64,000 nt of DNA from Callorhinchus milii (lineage: Eukaryota). The notes beneath the pieces are model-generated. The model was not told the DNA's origin and did not search any database. It saw only the letters and a program-made list of their open reading frames with translations. Where the stretch lies: assembly GCF_018977255.1 (NCBI RefSeq), contig NW_024704742.1, positions 137,578,001 to 137,642,000 of the forward strand, given 5' to 3'. How positions within the stretch are numbered: the first letter of the stretch is position 1; every line of letters starts with the position of its first letter. Made by a program: the position numbers and the translations under genes. Below, piece after piece: positions 25,313 to 38,860 of this stretch.

Positions 25313-27362
25313 CTGGCACCGGGACAGGAAGTGGAATCAATGAAACATGTTTGGCAAAACCACGGAAACACATGGAGTCTCCCACCAACCACAAACAGCA
25401 GCGTGTGTTTACACAATGTTCTTCAACCGGGGTAGCATCTGGGGGCGCTTAACAGTGGCGGAGCTTGACATCGAGTCGGGAGGAGGGGAGAGGTAACTAT
25501 AAGCATGGTCGAAGAGGCGTGATCTGAAGATGGGGAAGGAGGGACCGTGGCAAAGAGTTCCAGAATTTGTGGGCATAGTGGCTGAAAGCATGGACGCTGA
25601 TGGTGGAGCGAGGGGATGAGAGATAAGCAGAAGGCTGTAGGAGCAAAGGGATGGGTAGAGGAGGGGTTGGCAAACCAAAATTCAACCAAACTACCAAGAG
25701 GTCCACACATGTATGTTTTGCATTTGGCCGTAATGGAATGAATGTTCTCTCTCCTGTGGAGGAACCTCCATCTAAACCCAGACCTTATCAGGTGGAGATT
25801 GGAAAGAGGGGAGGGCATGGAGGTATCTACTAGACTTTAACCAGTCAAGTAATGTCAACTTACATGTAGAACAATAATAATCTTTGCATTTGATTCGGCG
25901 ACTTATCACGTCATTGAGACGTCTCAAAACCTCACAGAATATACTATAAAGTCGATTGACTGTGGGTTTTGTGGGTGAAACGTGGCAACCAATTGTACTC
26001 AGCAGAGTGTCCCACAAACAGTCGTTGCTGAGTGACCAAATTATTAATTCATCTTTTTTGAAGCAATTATTATCACTGGTAAAGCGATCCATCAATCGGC
26101 TGTCAACTAGGTTTCTACTTACTACTAAGTAATAGAGACGTGTGGAGGAGGAAACTCGCTTAACGTTTCGCCCCAAACGGGAATCAAATTCTTAAATTGG
26201 TCTTATTTGTGTAAAATCAGCAATAAAACGCCTTCCAAACTGAAACTGGATTCAATAATTTTACACAAATCGGTGTCATTAACGAGTAACTTTTTAACGT
26301 TTTAACAATTTTAAGATAAAATGGTTGCACAGGCTGAGATTAGACCGCAGGCTTCAGGAGAGTAGTGGGTTTAGACCGGGTGGCTCATCCGTCTCAGCAG
26401 TCTGGTTCCTCCCCTAATGTGGTCCTTGCCGGGCAACACTACCAACAACAACTTGCAAATATATAGAGCGCTGTATGTAGGATAGCGTCTCAGAATGCTG
26501 CACCATTGATGGGGTTAGACACCGAGTGAGGGGACTATTTGGTTGAATAGGGAAGTCTTAAGGAGGGATTTAAAGATAGATAAAAAGAGACTGAGGTGGA
26601 GAGATTGAGGCAGAGATTTCCAGAGGTTATGGGTATGAAGCAGCGGGAAGCAGTGACTGAAGCAGCGGGAAGCTTACTAGAAAAAATATGGTGAAAACGA
26701 TTGCAGAGGGGAGATTTAATGGCAGATAGAAAGAGGGCGAGACAGAGGGGTAGAGGGAGGGGGTAGAGGGAGGGAGTTCCAGAAGTAGTAGCTGATAATT
26801 CGGCCCAACAATGGGGCAGAGGGGGATAAGCAGAAGAGTGGTGCAGGTGTAGATTAGAGAGATAGAGAGGTGCCAGGGAGTGAAGAGACCCATCTGGCGA
26901 TGATAGGGTGGGCCAGGTGGGGGACGTGGAACAGGCCAGAGCCTGCTGAGTGGCGTCAGCTGACAGGTTGGTATGGAGTAACAGATCAGAGATAGGGAGG
27001 AGCAAGGGCGTGGAGGGTTTTCAAGGTGAGGACGAAGATTTTGAACTGCATTGCTGTTGGATGGGGAGGCAGTGGAACTGGGTGAGGGTGGGAGTGAAGT
27101 GATAGAGCTTTTGAGCCAGGTGCCAGAGAGGACATGAGCTGCAGAGTTCTGGATGATCTGCAGCTTGTGGCAGGAAGAGTTGGGGAGGCCGACGAGCAGG
27201 GAGTTGGAGCACTTGAGCCCAGATGTAATAAATGTGTGGATGAGGGTCTCACAAGCCTGAGGGGAGAGGAAGTGGCAGAGTCGGGTTGATGTTGGCGAGT
27301 TGGGGAAAGGTAGAACGGGTCATGACACAGATATGGGGTAGTCTGGTTACATGGACATGTAC

Positions 27363-27752
27363 CTGTCACCTCCAGGGTGATTCCCGGGTTGCTCTCATGC
27401 TTGGACGTGTAGATCAGTTTCCGGGAGACTTCCACACGGCAGAAATACTGATCATTGTCCTCCAGCTCTGCCCAGTCCAGCTGGAGGGAGGCGTCCTGCT
27501 CTCTGGGGTTCCCGACCAGCGTGTAGCGCTCTCTTGCGTTCACCTTTATCAAGGTCTCGTTATTGGCGCTGTTCACGGAGTGGAATATAACCGGCCCCTC
27601 GAAGAATTTCCTCGTCCTCCAAAGCACGGTGATCTCCACTGTGGTGTAGTGAGCGAAGGAGGAGTTGAACTTACAGGGCAGGATAACGGGGGCGCCCAGC
27701 CTGCCGCTCACTCTGCTCGGGACCCGTACCTTGACATCCACCTGCACGCTGA
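27363..27752 (-). CDS. Gene B V-set exon, Siglec-15-like with conserved F-strand Arg (YFCRVE)
   Basis: 390 nt, open, phase 1-1: VILPCKF...VLWRTRKFFEGPVIF...RYTLVGNPREQDASLQL...DNDQYFCRVE...ITLEVT|G. Donor GTACAT. Confidence 0.9.
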
Positions 27753-29274
27753 CTGTTCGCCGACAAACACACCAAACAGGTAAGATTATAATTATAATAA
27801 TAATAATTCTTGCATTTGATAATCCTTACGCCTTATCACATCGTTGAGACGTCTCAAAGCGCTTCACAGAAATACTGCAAAGTGAATTTCCTGTGTATTT
27901 TGGCGATAGCCAATTACGCACCGCAGTGTCCCACAAATAGTGGTGGATTGAGTGATTATTTTTTTTAAGGGATTATTATCGGCAGTAAAGTGATCTGTCA
28001 ATCTGTCAAGCAGTGGTTCCTGCTTACTGCTAGGCAAACAGAGGCATAAGGAAACTTGCCTAACTTTTCACCCTGCCCGGAAATGGAACCCTAGTCCCAA
28101 GACCGGTTTGGTTTGGATGACGAAGACCCTTTGGCCATTTGATCACATTCCCTCCTGACCATCCTCTTATCACAGCATCCAAGACCTGACCTCAACCGCA
28201 AACTGATAACCAGTTCCTCATTTGTCAACACCTACTTCCTGACTGTTCCACTAACTATGGAAGCAAGCTCTCTTATGAGTCAGATCAATTGAAGTGGTCA
28301 CACGTGTGCCTCTGGGTATGAGAGCTGTGAATTTAAGCCCCATGGTAATAACAACAGCCCTTCTCTTCATATTATTGTAATAATCCTTACATTTGATACA
28401 GCGCCTTTCATGTCAGTAAGGCGTGCAAAAGTGCTTTACAGGATATACTGTACAGTGTAGTGACTGTTTTTCAGTCATATGCGATAGCACAATAATTTCC
28501 CCCAGACTGTTGGCCAGGATACTGATATAGAGAAACCTCCTCCTTCTTTAACGGGATATTTAGTGTCCACCTGATCAGGCAGATAGAACCTCTGTTTAAC
28601 ATCTCCTTTGAAGGATGGCACCTCTGACAATGAATTGCATTGGAATATCATCTTAGAGTGTGATTCCAAGTCCCGACGTGGGGCTTGAACATACAACCTT
28701 CTGACTCATAGTCAAGAATGCTCCACTGAGCTATTCGCCCACAAAATACAGTCACTGCAGTGAACAGCAATTACTGTGATTCACTTGAGATGCACTAAAA
28801 CCTGGCTGGACCAATGGAGTTGGGGATAGGGGGTGGGGGGGGAAATCCAGTCTGACCAGCTGGAATCCTATGAGTAGAAGATAGTTTGCGGAGTCCTGTA
28901 GCTCAGTGGTTAGAGCACTCGCCACCCAAGCGAGAGGACCTGGGTTTGACTCCTGGGCAGAGCCAAACCTTGGGCTAGTTTTCTTACCCCACACGCCTCT
29001 GGCTATCTAGCAGTAAGTAGGAACCGGGTTGTTTGATGATTGCCGGGTCACTTTTCTAGGGATAACAACCCCTTCAATAAATAATAATAATGACTGTTCA
29101 TGGGAAGCTGCTGTGGGCAGTTGCTTATCGCATTTCGCCCACAAAATATACACGCAATTCACTTCACAGTATATTCTGTGAAATGCTTTGAGACGTCTTG
29201 AAGACATGATAAGGCGCTACATCAAACTGTAGGCCAGCGAGCACGGTGAGGATGGGGTGGGTGAGAGTAGACTG

Positions 29275-29540
29275 GGCCAGTGTCTGTGTGTGAGAGGAGA
29301 CTGAGACAGTGTCTGTGTGTGAGAGGAGATTGAGCCAGTGTCTGTGTGTGAGAGGAGACTGAGACAGTGTCTGTGTGTGAGAGGAGACTGAGACAGTGTC
29401 TGTGTGTGAGAGGAAACTGAGCCAGTCTGTGTGTGAGAGAGGAAACTGAGCAAATGTCTGTGTGTGAGAGAGGAAACTGAGCAAGTGTCTGTGTAGGTGA
29501 GAGGAAACTGAGCCAGTGTCTGTGTGTGTGAGGAGACTGG
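29275..29540. repeat. About 30-bp tandem repeat (GTGTCTGTGTGTGAGAGGAGACTGAGxCA)
   Basis: Direct inspection. Confidence 0.85.
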
Positions 29541-29640
29541 GATAGTTTTTTAGGAGAGTTTGTTTTCTGTTCTGAGTTAAATCTGAATTCCTGATACCAA
29601 AGTCCAGAGAGCTGGGTGTTCAGTGTATTTCAGATCCATA

Positions 29641-29963
29641 AATAATAATAATAATCCTTGCATTTGATATAGCGCTTTTCACGTCGGGAGGACGTCCCAA
29701 AGCGCTTCACAGAACACACTGTAAAGTGAATTGACTGTATATTTGTGGGCGAACGCGGCAGCCAATTGCGCACATCAATGTCCCACAAACAGTCGCAGAT
29801 TGAAAATGACCAATTTATTATTGTTTTTGGTTTTGGAGGGATTATTATTAGGCTCTGTGTGGAGTAAGGAAACTTGCCCGAGGTTTCGCCCTCTGCCTGG
29901 AATTGAACTCAGGTCTCTCACTTGCAAAGCGAGTGCTCTAACCACTGAGCTACAGGACTCCAC
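29641..29963 (-). mobile_element. Young tRNA-derived SINE, same family as 975-1296
   Basis: Near-identical sequence, giving identical spurious ORF translations in the track. Confidence 0.9.
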
Positions 29964-32961
29964 ATCTAGATTTAGATGTTACAGGCACTGTACCAAATGC
30001 TAGTAATATTATTTATTGAAACTTTCTCCCTCGCCCTTCCCCAATCCTCTCTTGTGGTCATTTGTGAGCTTTTAACTTCTGTGATCTTACAGCTGAACTT
30101 CCTGAAAAAAAAACAATGATATCAGACTGGGTTGACCAGCAGACTATGGAGGTGAGGTGGGGGGGAGATGGGTCACGGGGATGCTATCAACCAAGAGGAA
30201 ACGAAAACCTCCATTCATGGCCTCGTGATCAAAAAATGCAATGAGTAATGTGGGGAACTATTCCCGGCTGCTCTATGTAGTCATTTTGTTCAGCCAGCTC
30301 TATGTAGTCATTTTGTGTGGCCGACTGCTATAATGACCCAGCGACGTTAGTATAAAAACAGAGAATAAAGAATAATAATTTGGTCACGCAATCCACAACT
30401 GTTTTTGGGACACAATTGGCTGCCTGCCTTTCGCCCTCAAAATGTACAGTCGATTCACTTTACGATGTATTCTGTGAATCGCTTTGACACCTCTCGAAGA
30501 CGTGAGAAGGTGCTTTATCAAATGCAAGTATTATTACACAGCAGCCCCCTACTCCCCATGCCCTGCACTTCTCCGTCTCTGCTCTTCCCTCATTCTCACT
30601 CGCTACAAGAACCTTCCCCAATTACGAAACTTGCTCTATGGAATTCCCAGTCCCCTAAAAATTCCACCTCTATTAAAAGTCTGTCGGACATGTCTTTGAA
30701 CATTCCCTCAAACTTCCCCAACTCACCAGCCCTCTTCCTCGTCCGTTGTTGTGAATAGCTTTGAGTTCTTTATCTACCACTCCCTCCTCTTTCACACTGT
30801 TTATCCTACTGACCTAATTTCAGAGAGCATTAGGCACAGACTGGCAAGATCCAAGGCTTGGGGACTGCACACTATGGGGTCAGACCAGTCACTGGAGGCA
30901 GGGAATCCTCCCACTCAACCCCTGTTAACTCTGCAAGCCAAAACCCGAACGGGAAGGGTGGTTATAGCTGGACAAGCAGAGGGAAAGCTTGCCAGACAGC
31001 GCTCTGAATGGCAAGGCTATGTAGATTTAGCTGCTTAGACTCCAGCAGTTAACCCAACGCACACTCTGGGGTGCATGGGCAAAGCACGATGTCTCCCTTC
31101 AGGGAGAGAGAGTGCATTCCATTCCAACAATCTATTTCTTGAATTTAATAATAATATAACAATCCTTGCATTTGATGTAGCGCTTTTTACGTCTTCTCGA
31201 TGTCTCAAAGCGCCTCACAGAACACACTGTAAAGTGAACTGACTGTATATTTGTGGGCGAACGCGGCAGCCAATTGCGCACAGCAATGTCCCTCAAACAG
31301 TCGTGGATTGAAAACGACCAATTTATTATTGTTTTTGGTTTTGGAGGGATTATTATTAGGCTCTGTGTGGGGTAAGGAAACTTGCCCAAGGTTTCGCCCT
31401 CTGCCTGGAATTGAACCCAGGTTTGATTTGGAGACTCTTTAAACAACGGTGATGGGTTTCCGTGCGGGTCAGACACCCGGCTGGGAAACAAAAATCTCAC
31501 GACGTTCAGGCTCCCACTCCTTCCCCAAAGCACTTTGTGAAAGGAGCTGTGGAAACTACAAAGAGCTGTTTATCCTGTGCAAATATCGGCAGATAAATGC
31601 AAATCATTTACTTTGGATAAAACGATCATAACTAGAGAAAACGCTAGCAAGTAATGGAAACTGTGTCCAGTCTGCTGCCCTCCTTCCATATAATAATAAT
31701 AATGATAATTCTTAGCTTGCGCAGCGTTTATAACATCAAAACATCTCGGAGGGCTTCACTGGGCATTTCAGTCCAGTGCAGTGATCATACATCTCTAGAC
31801 AAAGGTGGCAGCCAATTTGAGCACAGAAATCAGCTGGGAAGTTAATGAGTGATTAACCTGCCCGCTTAGATGTTCTTTTCCAACAGTGTTGGGAGATTGC
31901 CAAGATCTGTCCCTCATTTCCTCTCTCTTTGGTCGGCCTGCAAAATGCCAAATATGTTCCTTTTCGCAGGAATTTGTTTGCGGAACCAACAACAGGCCCC
32001 ACCCAAGACTTTCTCGTCACGTAATCGTGAGCCTGCTGTGAATTTCCATCATATTTGTACGTTTCCTGTTTCACTTGATCCCTGACAGAGAATTATTATA
32101 ATAATCTTTGCACTTGACTTAGCGCCTTATCACGTCTTTGTGACGTCTCAAAGCTCTTCACAGCATATACTGAAAAGTGAATTGACTGTATATTTTATGG
32201 ATGAAACACAGCAGCCAATTGCACACACCAGCGTCCCACAAACAGTCGAGGATTGGGTGACCAAATTATTATATTTGGAAGGGGGATATTATTCTCAACG
32301 GAAAGTCTTTCGACAATTGACTAAACAACCAACTTCCTACTAACTGCTGGATAAACTGTGCATGTTGAGTAGTCAGGCTGAGCTACGGTTTCGCCCTACT
32401 ATCGCTGATTACTATCAAACCCAGATCCTATCGCTTGTGAGATGAACACTCTAACCATTACCCACTGCAGGAACTAAACCCTTTACACTCAGCGAAAAAA
32501 ATGTTAACCCACAAACTACAACGGTTTCAAGCACAACACAAGAAGTCTTTGTATAAAATGCACGGTGTTTAAAAAAAACAAAGCTGTTCAGCAATTTTAT
32601 TGCTGAAAGTCCGATTAAAACAGACTCACTCATCTGTGTGAGTCACTCACTCATCACTCATCTGAGTGAGTCAGTTCTAAGTCAGATTAAAACAGATGGA
32701 AGCCATAGGAAAGCCGAGACACCGGGCAGTCAGTAGCCCGCAGCACATTTATCTGATATTCTCAAATCAATCTTAATCTCTAGTGCGGACGCCTTTTCCC
32801 TTAAAACACTGACAGCCAATTCCCTGTAAACACAGGGCCTTTCCCTGCTCAGTCTCGGGCACCAAAAGAAATGGATAGGACGTTGGGAATCCCAATGTAA
32901 CTATAATTGATGTCCACCTGTTTATCCCTGGAGGGTTTCAAACCCTCAGTAAATTACTTAC

Positions 32962-33010
32962 CGGTGTTACGGACAATCAGGGCTGCCAGGATCAAGCGAA
33001 GAGCAGTCAT
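32962..33010 (-). CDS. Gene B leader exon (MTALRLILAALIVRNT), phase 1
   Basis: Minus-strand ATG at 33010, hydrophobic core, consensus donor G|GTAAGT. Phase matches the V exon at 27752. Confidence 0.7.
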
Positions 33011-35061
33011 TTTCACCCACAAGATTGCAGGGAGTTCAGTCGGTTTAAAATTCCGTACTGTATACAAACCAGGAAATGGTAGCTCTATATCTGTAGTTGT
33101 TTCAGACCAATCAAAGGCGTTGTTTGGGTACGGCTGAGGTCATATCACTAAAAAAAAAACCCTGTTCAAATTCCCCTCAGTGATCTCACAGTCAGGTGCA
33201 CACGTAACTCGCTCACAAAGGCATTAGCATTCTGGTTTGGAAAATTTGGGGCTGGGTATTTTTGCAGCACTCACTTTCAAATAGGCCTGAAATACGCTAC
33301 GCAGGATTTCCAACAACTTGTTTTTAGCCCTGCGAGTTTCTTCAAAAACACATTTCGATCACTGAATCCACGAATGTTTGTGGGCGACTGCGGTGGACAT
33401 TTAGCTTCGGCGTTTCGCCCACAAAATGCAGTCACTCCACTTTACAGTGTATCCTGGGAAGCGCTTTGAGATGTCTCAAAGATGTGATAAGGTGCTACAA
33501 CAACAACTACAACAACTTGGATTTATACAGCGCCCTCCGCGTCCGCGCCGGACGGCGTCTCAGAGCGCTTTACAGTTTAGGATACCGGGGCCGAGCCGGG
33601 GGGAGGGGGGGGGGGAAGGTGACCAAAGGCGCGGTCGAAAAGAAAGATGCAAGGATTATTATTATTTATAACGACTTATCCGAAGGACGGCACCACTGAC
33701 AGTGTAGCACTCCCCCAGCACTCTATTGCGGTGTTTCCCGAGACTGTGAGTTGAAGGCCCCATGTTGGGACCTTGATTGAGTTCATAATACACGCTGACA
33801 TTTCTTGGTGCGCAGTTTAACACTTTAATTTAATTCCTTTGATTTAAATTGAAATCTCACAAAAGGCATTGCAGGGAATAGCTACCAAGTGTAGTGACTG
33901 CAGGGCAAAAGCAGCCCTGATTTGTACACAGCAACGTCTCACACGCAGCCTTGGAGAGACTGACCAATTTTATCGAAGGATTGTCAGCCAGGAACCCCGG
34001 GTGAAACTCCCATCTTTTTTATTTTATTAATAATAATAATCCTCGCATTTGATATAGCATCTGATCACATCGTTGAGACTCGCAAGTGATTCACCGGATA
34101 CACTGTAAAGTGGATAGCCTGTGCGTTTTGTGCCTTCACCTCCCCTCTCGACTCTCTACCCCCTCCTCGTCCCTCCCTTCCCTCCCCTCACCCTGACCAG
34201 CTCCCCTCTGCTCGGGTCCCAACCCAACTGTGCAGCACCTTGGGACGTCCTCCCGACGTGAAAGGCGCTCTATAAATACAATCTTGTTGTTGTTGTTGCT
34301 GAAACGTGGCAGCCATTTGCGCGTAGTAATGTTACACGACACAACAGTGACCAATTTTTTTTATTTGGGTGGGGGTTTGTTGGCCAGGACACTGGGAGAT
34401 AGAAACTGCATTCTCCTGTTGGATAGCGCCACGGGATCGTTAACATCCACCTGAACGAGCAGACTCAGTTTAACTTCTCATCTGAAGGACAGCACCTCCG
34501 GCAACGCAGCACAATAATAATTTAATAAATGTTTAACAACATTTTAACAATAGTGTTGTAGGTGTTGAACATCCGCCCAAACAAGACACAGACAGGATCT
34601 GGGTTTGACATCACATCAGGCAGAAGGCAGGTGTGTAACATTCGGGTTTCCCCCAATACTTCTCTGCAGATACTGACTGTAAAGAACACGAACTCTGGGG
34701 AGACGAGTGGGGGAGAAATTCACAAAAATTTGGAGGGTTATTTTGGGGGAAGTTTGGGAGTGTAATTATTGGGGCTTACTATATGACTAATAATTTGCAT
34801 TTACACATTGTCTTTCACTTGAATTAGCTTAATAAAATCCGACTGCTTAAAAGATAAAAGACATCAATGTTGTCCCAGAGACAAACTCACAGCATCTAAT
34901 CTGCACCAGGGACATCCCATGAACAGCATTTTCTTTTGGTCAGCCGGGTGTCTGACACGTGTGGAAACCCATCACCATGCGTAAGAATATTAAGAGTAAC
35001 CAAACAAAATTACGTGCATCCCACCTACCCATGGAAATCCGAGACGCAGATTGTTGGAATG

Positions 35062-35104
<43 letters not shown>

Positions 35105-38100
35105 GTCTCTCTCCCTGAAGGCAGACACGCTGCACCTAATTCTGGAAACTATTAAGCACGGGTTGGCAAGAGCCGAGGCTTGGGAAGCCCGGAGTGCCCG
35201 CAGGGTGACTGGGAGAACTTAGCGGATGTGGGCAGGCAATATGGGGGAAGTGAAGCAGGCTCGTGCCTGCCGGGTAGCTCAGCCCGAACAGGAGAAAACG
35301 ATCCAGCTTCTGTGAATGAGTAAATGTGCGCGTGGTTTCTCGACCCTCTGTGACCTCCCAATGTAATGTGCGACTGCGGTGATGTCAGCGGAAATAAATG
35401 CTCTGCCAGTGGACGGGGATTTCCCTATCGAGGGAATTCCCTCAAGAGACAGGGGTTCCCCCCCCTCCCCCCCCCCCCCGAGGCACCACATGGCCTTAGC
35501 GGCTCTGGGTATTTGTACCAAACGCTGTCCCCCGATTACTCCAGTCCCGGCCAAACCCCACTGGCTCCTGTCACAGAGCAGATCCACTTCAAGATCCTCA
35601 CTCTAGTGTTTAAATCCCTCCCCCTCCCCCCCCCCCATCTCTCTAACCTCCTCTTTCCCCACAGCAGTACCCGCTGCCTCCGCTCCACTGGGTCCAGCCT
35701 CCTCCGCGTCCCCCGAATCCTCCTCTCCACCATTGGCGGCCGTGCCTTCAGCCACTACGCCCCAAAACTTTGGAAGTCCCTCCCTCAACCCCTTTGCCTC
35801 GCCTCCTCCTTGCGCACCTTCAGGTCGCGCCTGAAGACAATCCTATGGTCACCTTCTCCCTCCCCATGGTTCGGCCTTGGACTCTGCCATTGTTAAGCGC
35901 TCTGAGATGCCACCCGGCGTGGATGGTGCTACATAAGTGCAAGTTACTGTTGTTGTATCTGAATAGCACTAATCAACCCCGCACTTTCCCCGCACTTTCC
36001 CCAGCAAAATTTAGCAAAGTCTCTGCAATTTCAGAATATGTGAAGATATGTCCACACTTTTCTGTTGGCCCCGGCGATCACCTGCAAAGTGTTAAACAGC
36101 AGGTTCTTCCGCTTCACTGCCACCCCTCATTACCCCCTTCACTGATCCCCCCTCACTGATCCCCCCTCACTGATCCCCCCTCACTGATCCCCCCTTACTG
36201 GCCCCAACTCAATAACCGACTCACTGCTCCAGTCATTGTTCCCTCTCACAGCCCCTCCTCACTGGGCCCCCTTACTGCCCCCCCCCGCCCCAACTGCTTC
36301 CCTTCCATTGCTCCCCTTTCATTCCCCCTCACTGCCCCCATCACTGCCCCCCTCTCACTGCCCCCTCACTGCCCTCCCCTCACTATCTGCCCCCTCACTG
36401 CCCCCCCTACAGCTCTGCCTCCCCTCAATGCCCCTCCTCGCTGGCCCCCGACACTGCCCCCCCTCACACACTCTCCCCCCTCACACACTCTCCCCCCAAA
36501 CCCACTGCATCGTTGATTCCAAGGCATTGAATCAGATTGTCTTATTCACTATTTTTCCTACTGAACCTGATCTCCACAGTAAATATTCTGTTCTGAAATT
36601 GACTGAATAAAATGCTTGTGAACGTATGGCTCGGTGGTGTATGTTAATGTGGCCGCAGTCAGGCGAACCTGTGAGACAGTAATGGAGTATTGTAGTTCAG
36701 TGGTGACAGCACTCGTCGCAAGCAACAGTTCCCGGGTTCGATTCCGGGCCGACCCAAACGGTAGTCAAGTTTCCTTACTCCACCGCCGGTGTTTACACAG
36801 CAGTAACAAGGAACCCGGTTGTTAGTCGATTGGTGCATCGCTTTTCTGGGGTAACAATCCCTTCAAAATATTTCTCTTTTTTCATTTGGTCACTCAATCC
36901 ACGACTGTTTGTGGGACACTGATGTGCGCAATTATCTGCCGCGTTTCACCCACAAAATATATTATAATAATCTGTCAATATCTCTCCTCGTCTTCTCCCA
37001 CAGCTGCCTCTGTGCACCCATTACTCATCAGGTGTCAGTCTGGTGAGTCAGTAGCACTCTCGCCTGTGGGTCAGCGGGTTGTGGTGTTCACCATCCAGGT
37101 GCCGTCCTTCAGATGAGACGTTAAACCAAGGACCTGTTTGCCTGACATTAAAGATCCCTCGACACTGATGGAAAAGAGAAGCGAGTTCCTCCCGGCTTCC
37201 TGCGCGACAATCAACCAGATGAATTGTAGACTAATTGTCTTCTAGGAATGCCTACCTTGAAGAAGTTCTGCTCTTCACTACACCGTGACTTTCTTTCTTC
37301 CCTTTTACCCTGCTCACCTTCTTAGCTATCTGTTTCCCTTCTTGTGTTTGATGATGTTTTCATTAAAACCTGTTTTCACAGCCACATCTCTTTCCTCAGT
37401 AACTGTCTTAAACTGCAACTAATTCCATATGGATTCCCTCTGAAATTCCACCCTTCCTGCTTTTAATCCACCCACAATCATCAAAATTCAGCGCTCTTCT
37501 GATCACTGTTCTTGCCGACTCATGATATCTACTGTCTCCAGCGTGTGCCGACACGTGCAAACTCTCAACCTTTCCCTTCAGCAGCTCCGACACACTTTAT
37601 CTCAGAACTGCCCTGAACCTCATCTCTGTTTTGTCCTTCACCTTATTCAGCGCTTTAACAAAAAACTCTTTTTATTTCTTTCAGATGATATGGCTGTGTG
37701 CAAAGTGGTTGCTGTGTTTGTCCACGAACACAGTCAGTACCTGTTGAAGACCTTTGAAACTTTCTAACATTACAGATTCTGCATCAAATACAGAAATGTA
37801 ACGCTTATTCAAACATTTGTTCACTACTTCAGTGAGAGAGTAGTAACTTATGGAGGGTTCCCTTTGGAGACGGTGGAAGCAAATTGTGTTAAATATACAT
37901 TAGAATACATTAGAATATATTGCACAGAAACCGGCCATTCAGCCCAACTGGTCTTTAGCTCCACATGAGCCTCCTCCTGCTCTTCCTCAACTAAGCCATC
38001 AAGCATCACCTTCTATTCCTTTCTCCCTCAAGTACCTCTCCAGCTTCCTCTTAAATACATCTATGCTATCAGCCTCAACAACTCCTTGTGGCAGATGTTC

Positions 38101-38835
38101 CACATTCTCACTACTCTGTGTGAAGACATTTATTTCTTCAAACGTCTAACTTCCCTATTTAATCCACTTGTGACAATTTTATATTGATGGCCCCTGGTTT
38201 TGATCTCCAGATTTCCTTTTTTCTACTGCCATGATGTTATCCCTAACATGTACAGCTACTCCATTGCCCTTTTATCCCATCTCTATCCTATCTAAATATG
38301 TTACACCCTGCAATGTTTAATTGCCAGTCCTGGTCTTTCTGTAGCCACGTTTCAGTAATCCCAAATATATCTGTTTCCTCACTACGAATTACTGCCTCAG
38401 TCCTCCTGTTTTATTTCGGATGCTGTGAACATTGCTGTACAGACAGTTTCATTCATTATTATTCGTTGCTCCTCTCATTTTATTTTTGAAAGTCTTTTCA
38501 CCCTTCTGTTCTATAATTGTATTAGGTCCCTGACCACTTATATTCTCCTTATTTGTGACTTCGGTCCAGCTTGGGTCATTTCCTTCTGATTTTAATCCTC
38601 TATTACATTTCACACCCTTGTTATATTGGCCACGTTTACATGGGAACATACAAATTTGTTGGCGAAGGAACGCAAAGGTCCATCTCGTTCGCCTTCCACC
38701 ATCCTGGCAGTCGCTTGACATGTCATTTCCCAAACCATACAGTGTATCCTGAGATATTATTTTTCTTGCAGAAATCTATCTAATTTGTTCTTGAAACAAA
38801 CAACTATGGAAGAAGCAAACAAAATTGGGGAGGGA

Positions 38836-38860
38836 NNNNNNNNNNNNNNNNNNNNNNNNN
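38836..38860. other. Assembly gap (25 N)
   Basis: Run of N in the sequence. Confidence 0.99.

Noticed and set aside
27363-27752. Assignment to CD33-related Siglecs, MAG or CD22
   Set aside because: These have the B-E intrasheet disulfide and an extra N-terminal Cys. Here the Cys pair is canonical B-F with Arg right after the F Cys, as in SIGLEC15.
36033-36159. Possible terminal exon EYVKICPHF... with a YxxI motif upstream of the old poly(A) region
   Set aside because: Only an acceptor-like site supports it. There are no upstream Ig or TM exons to splice from and no homology evidence.
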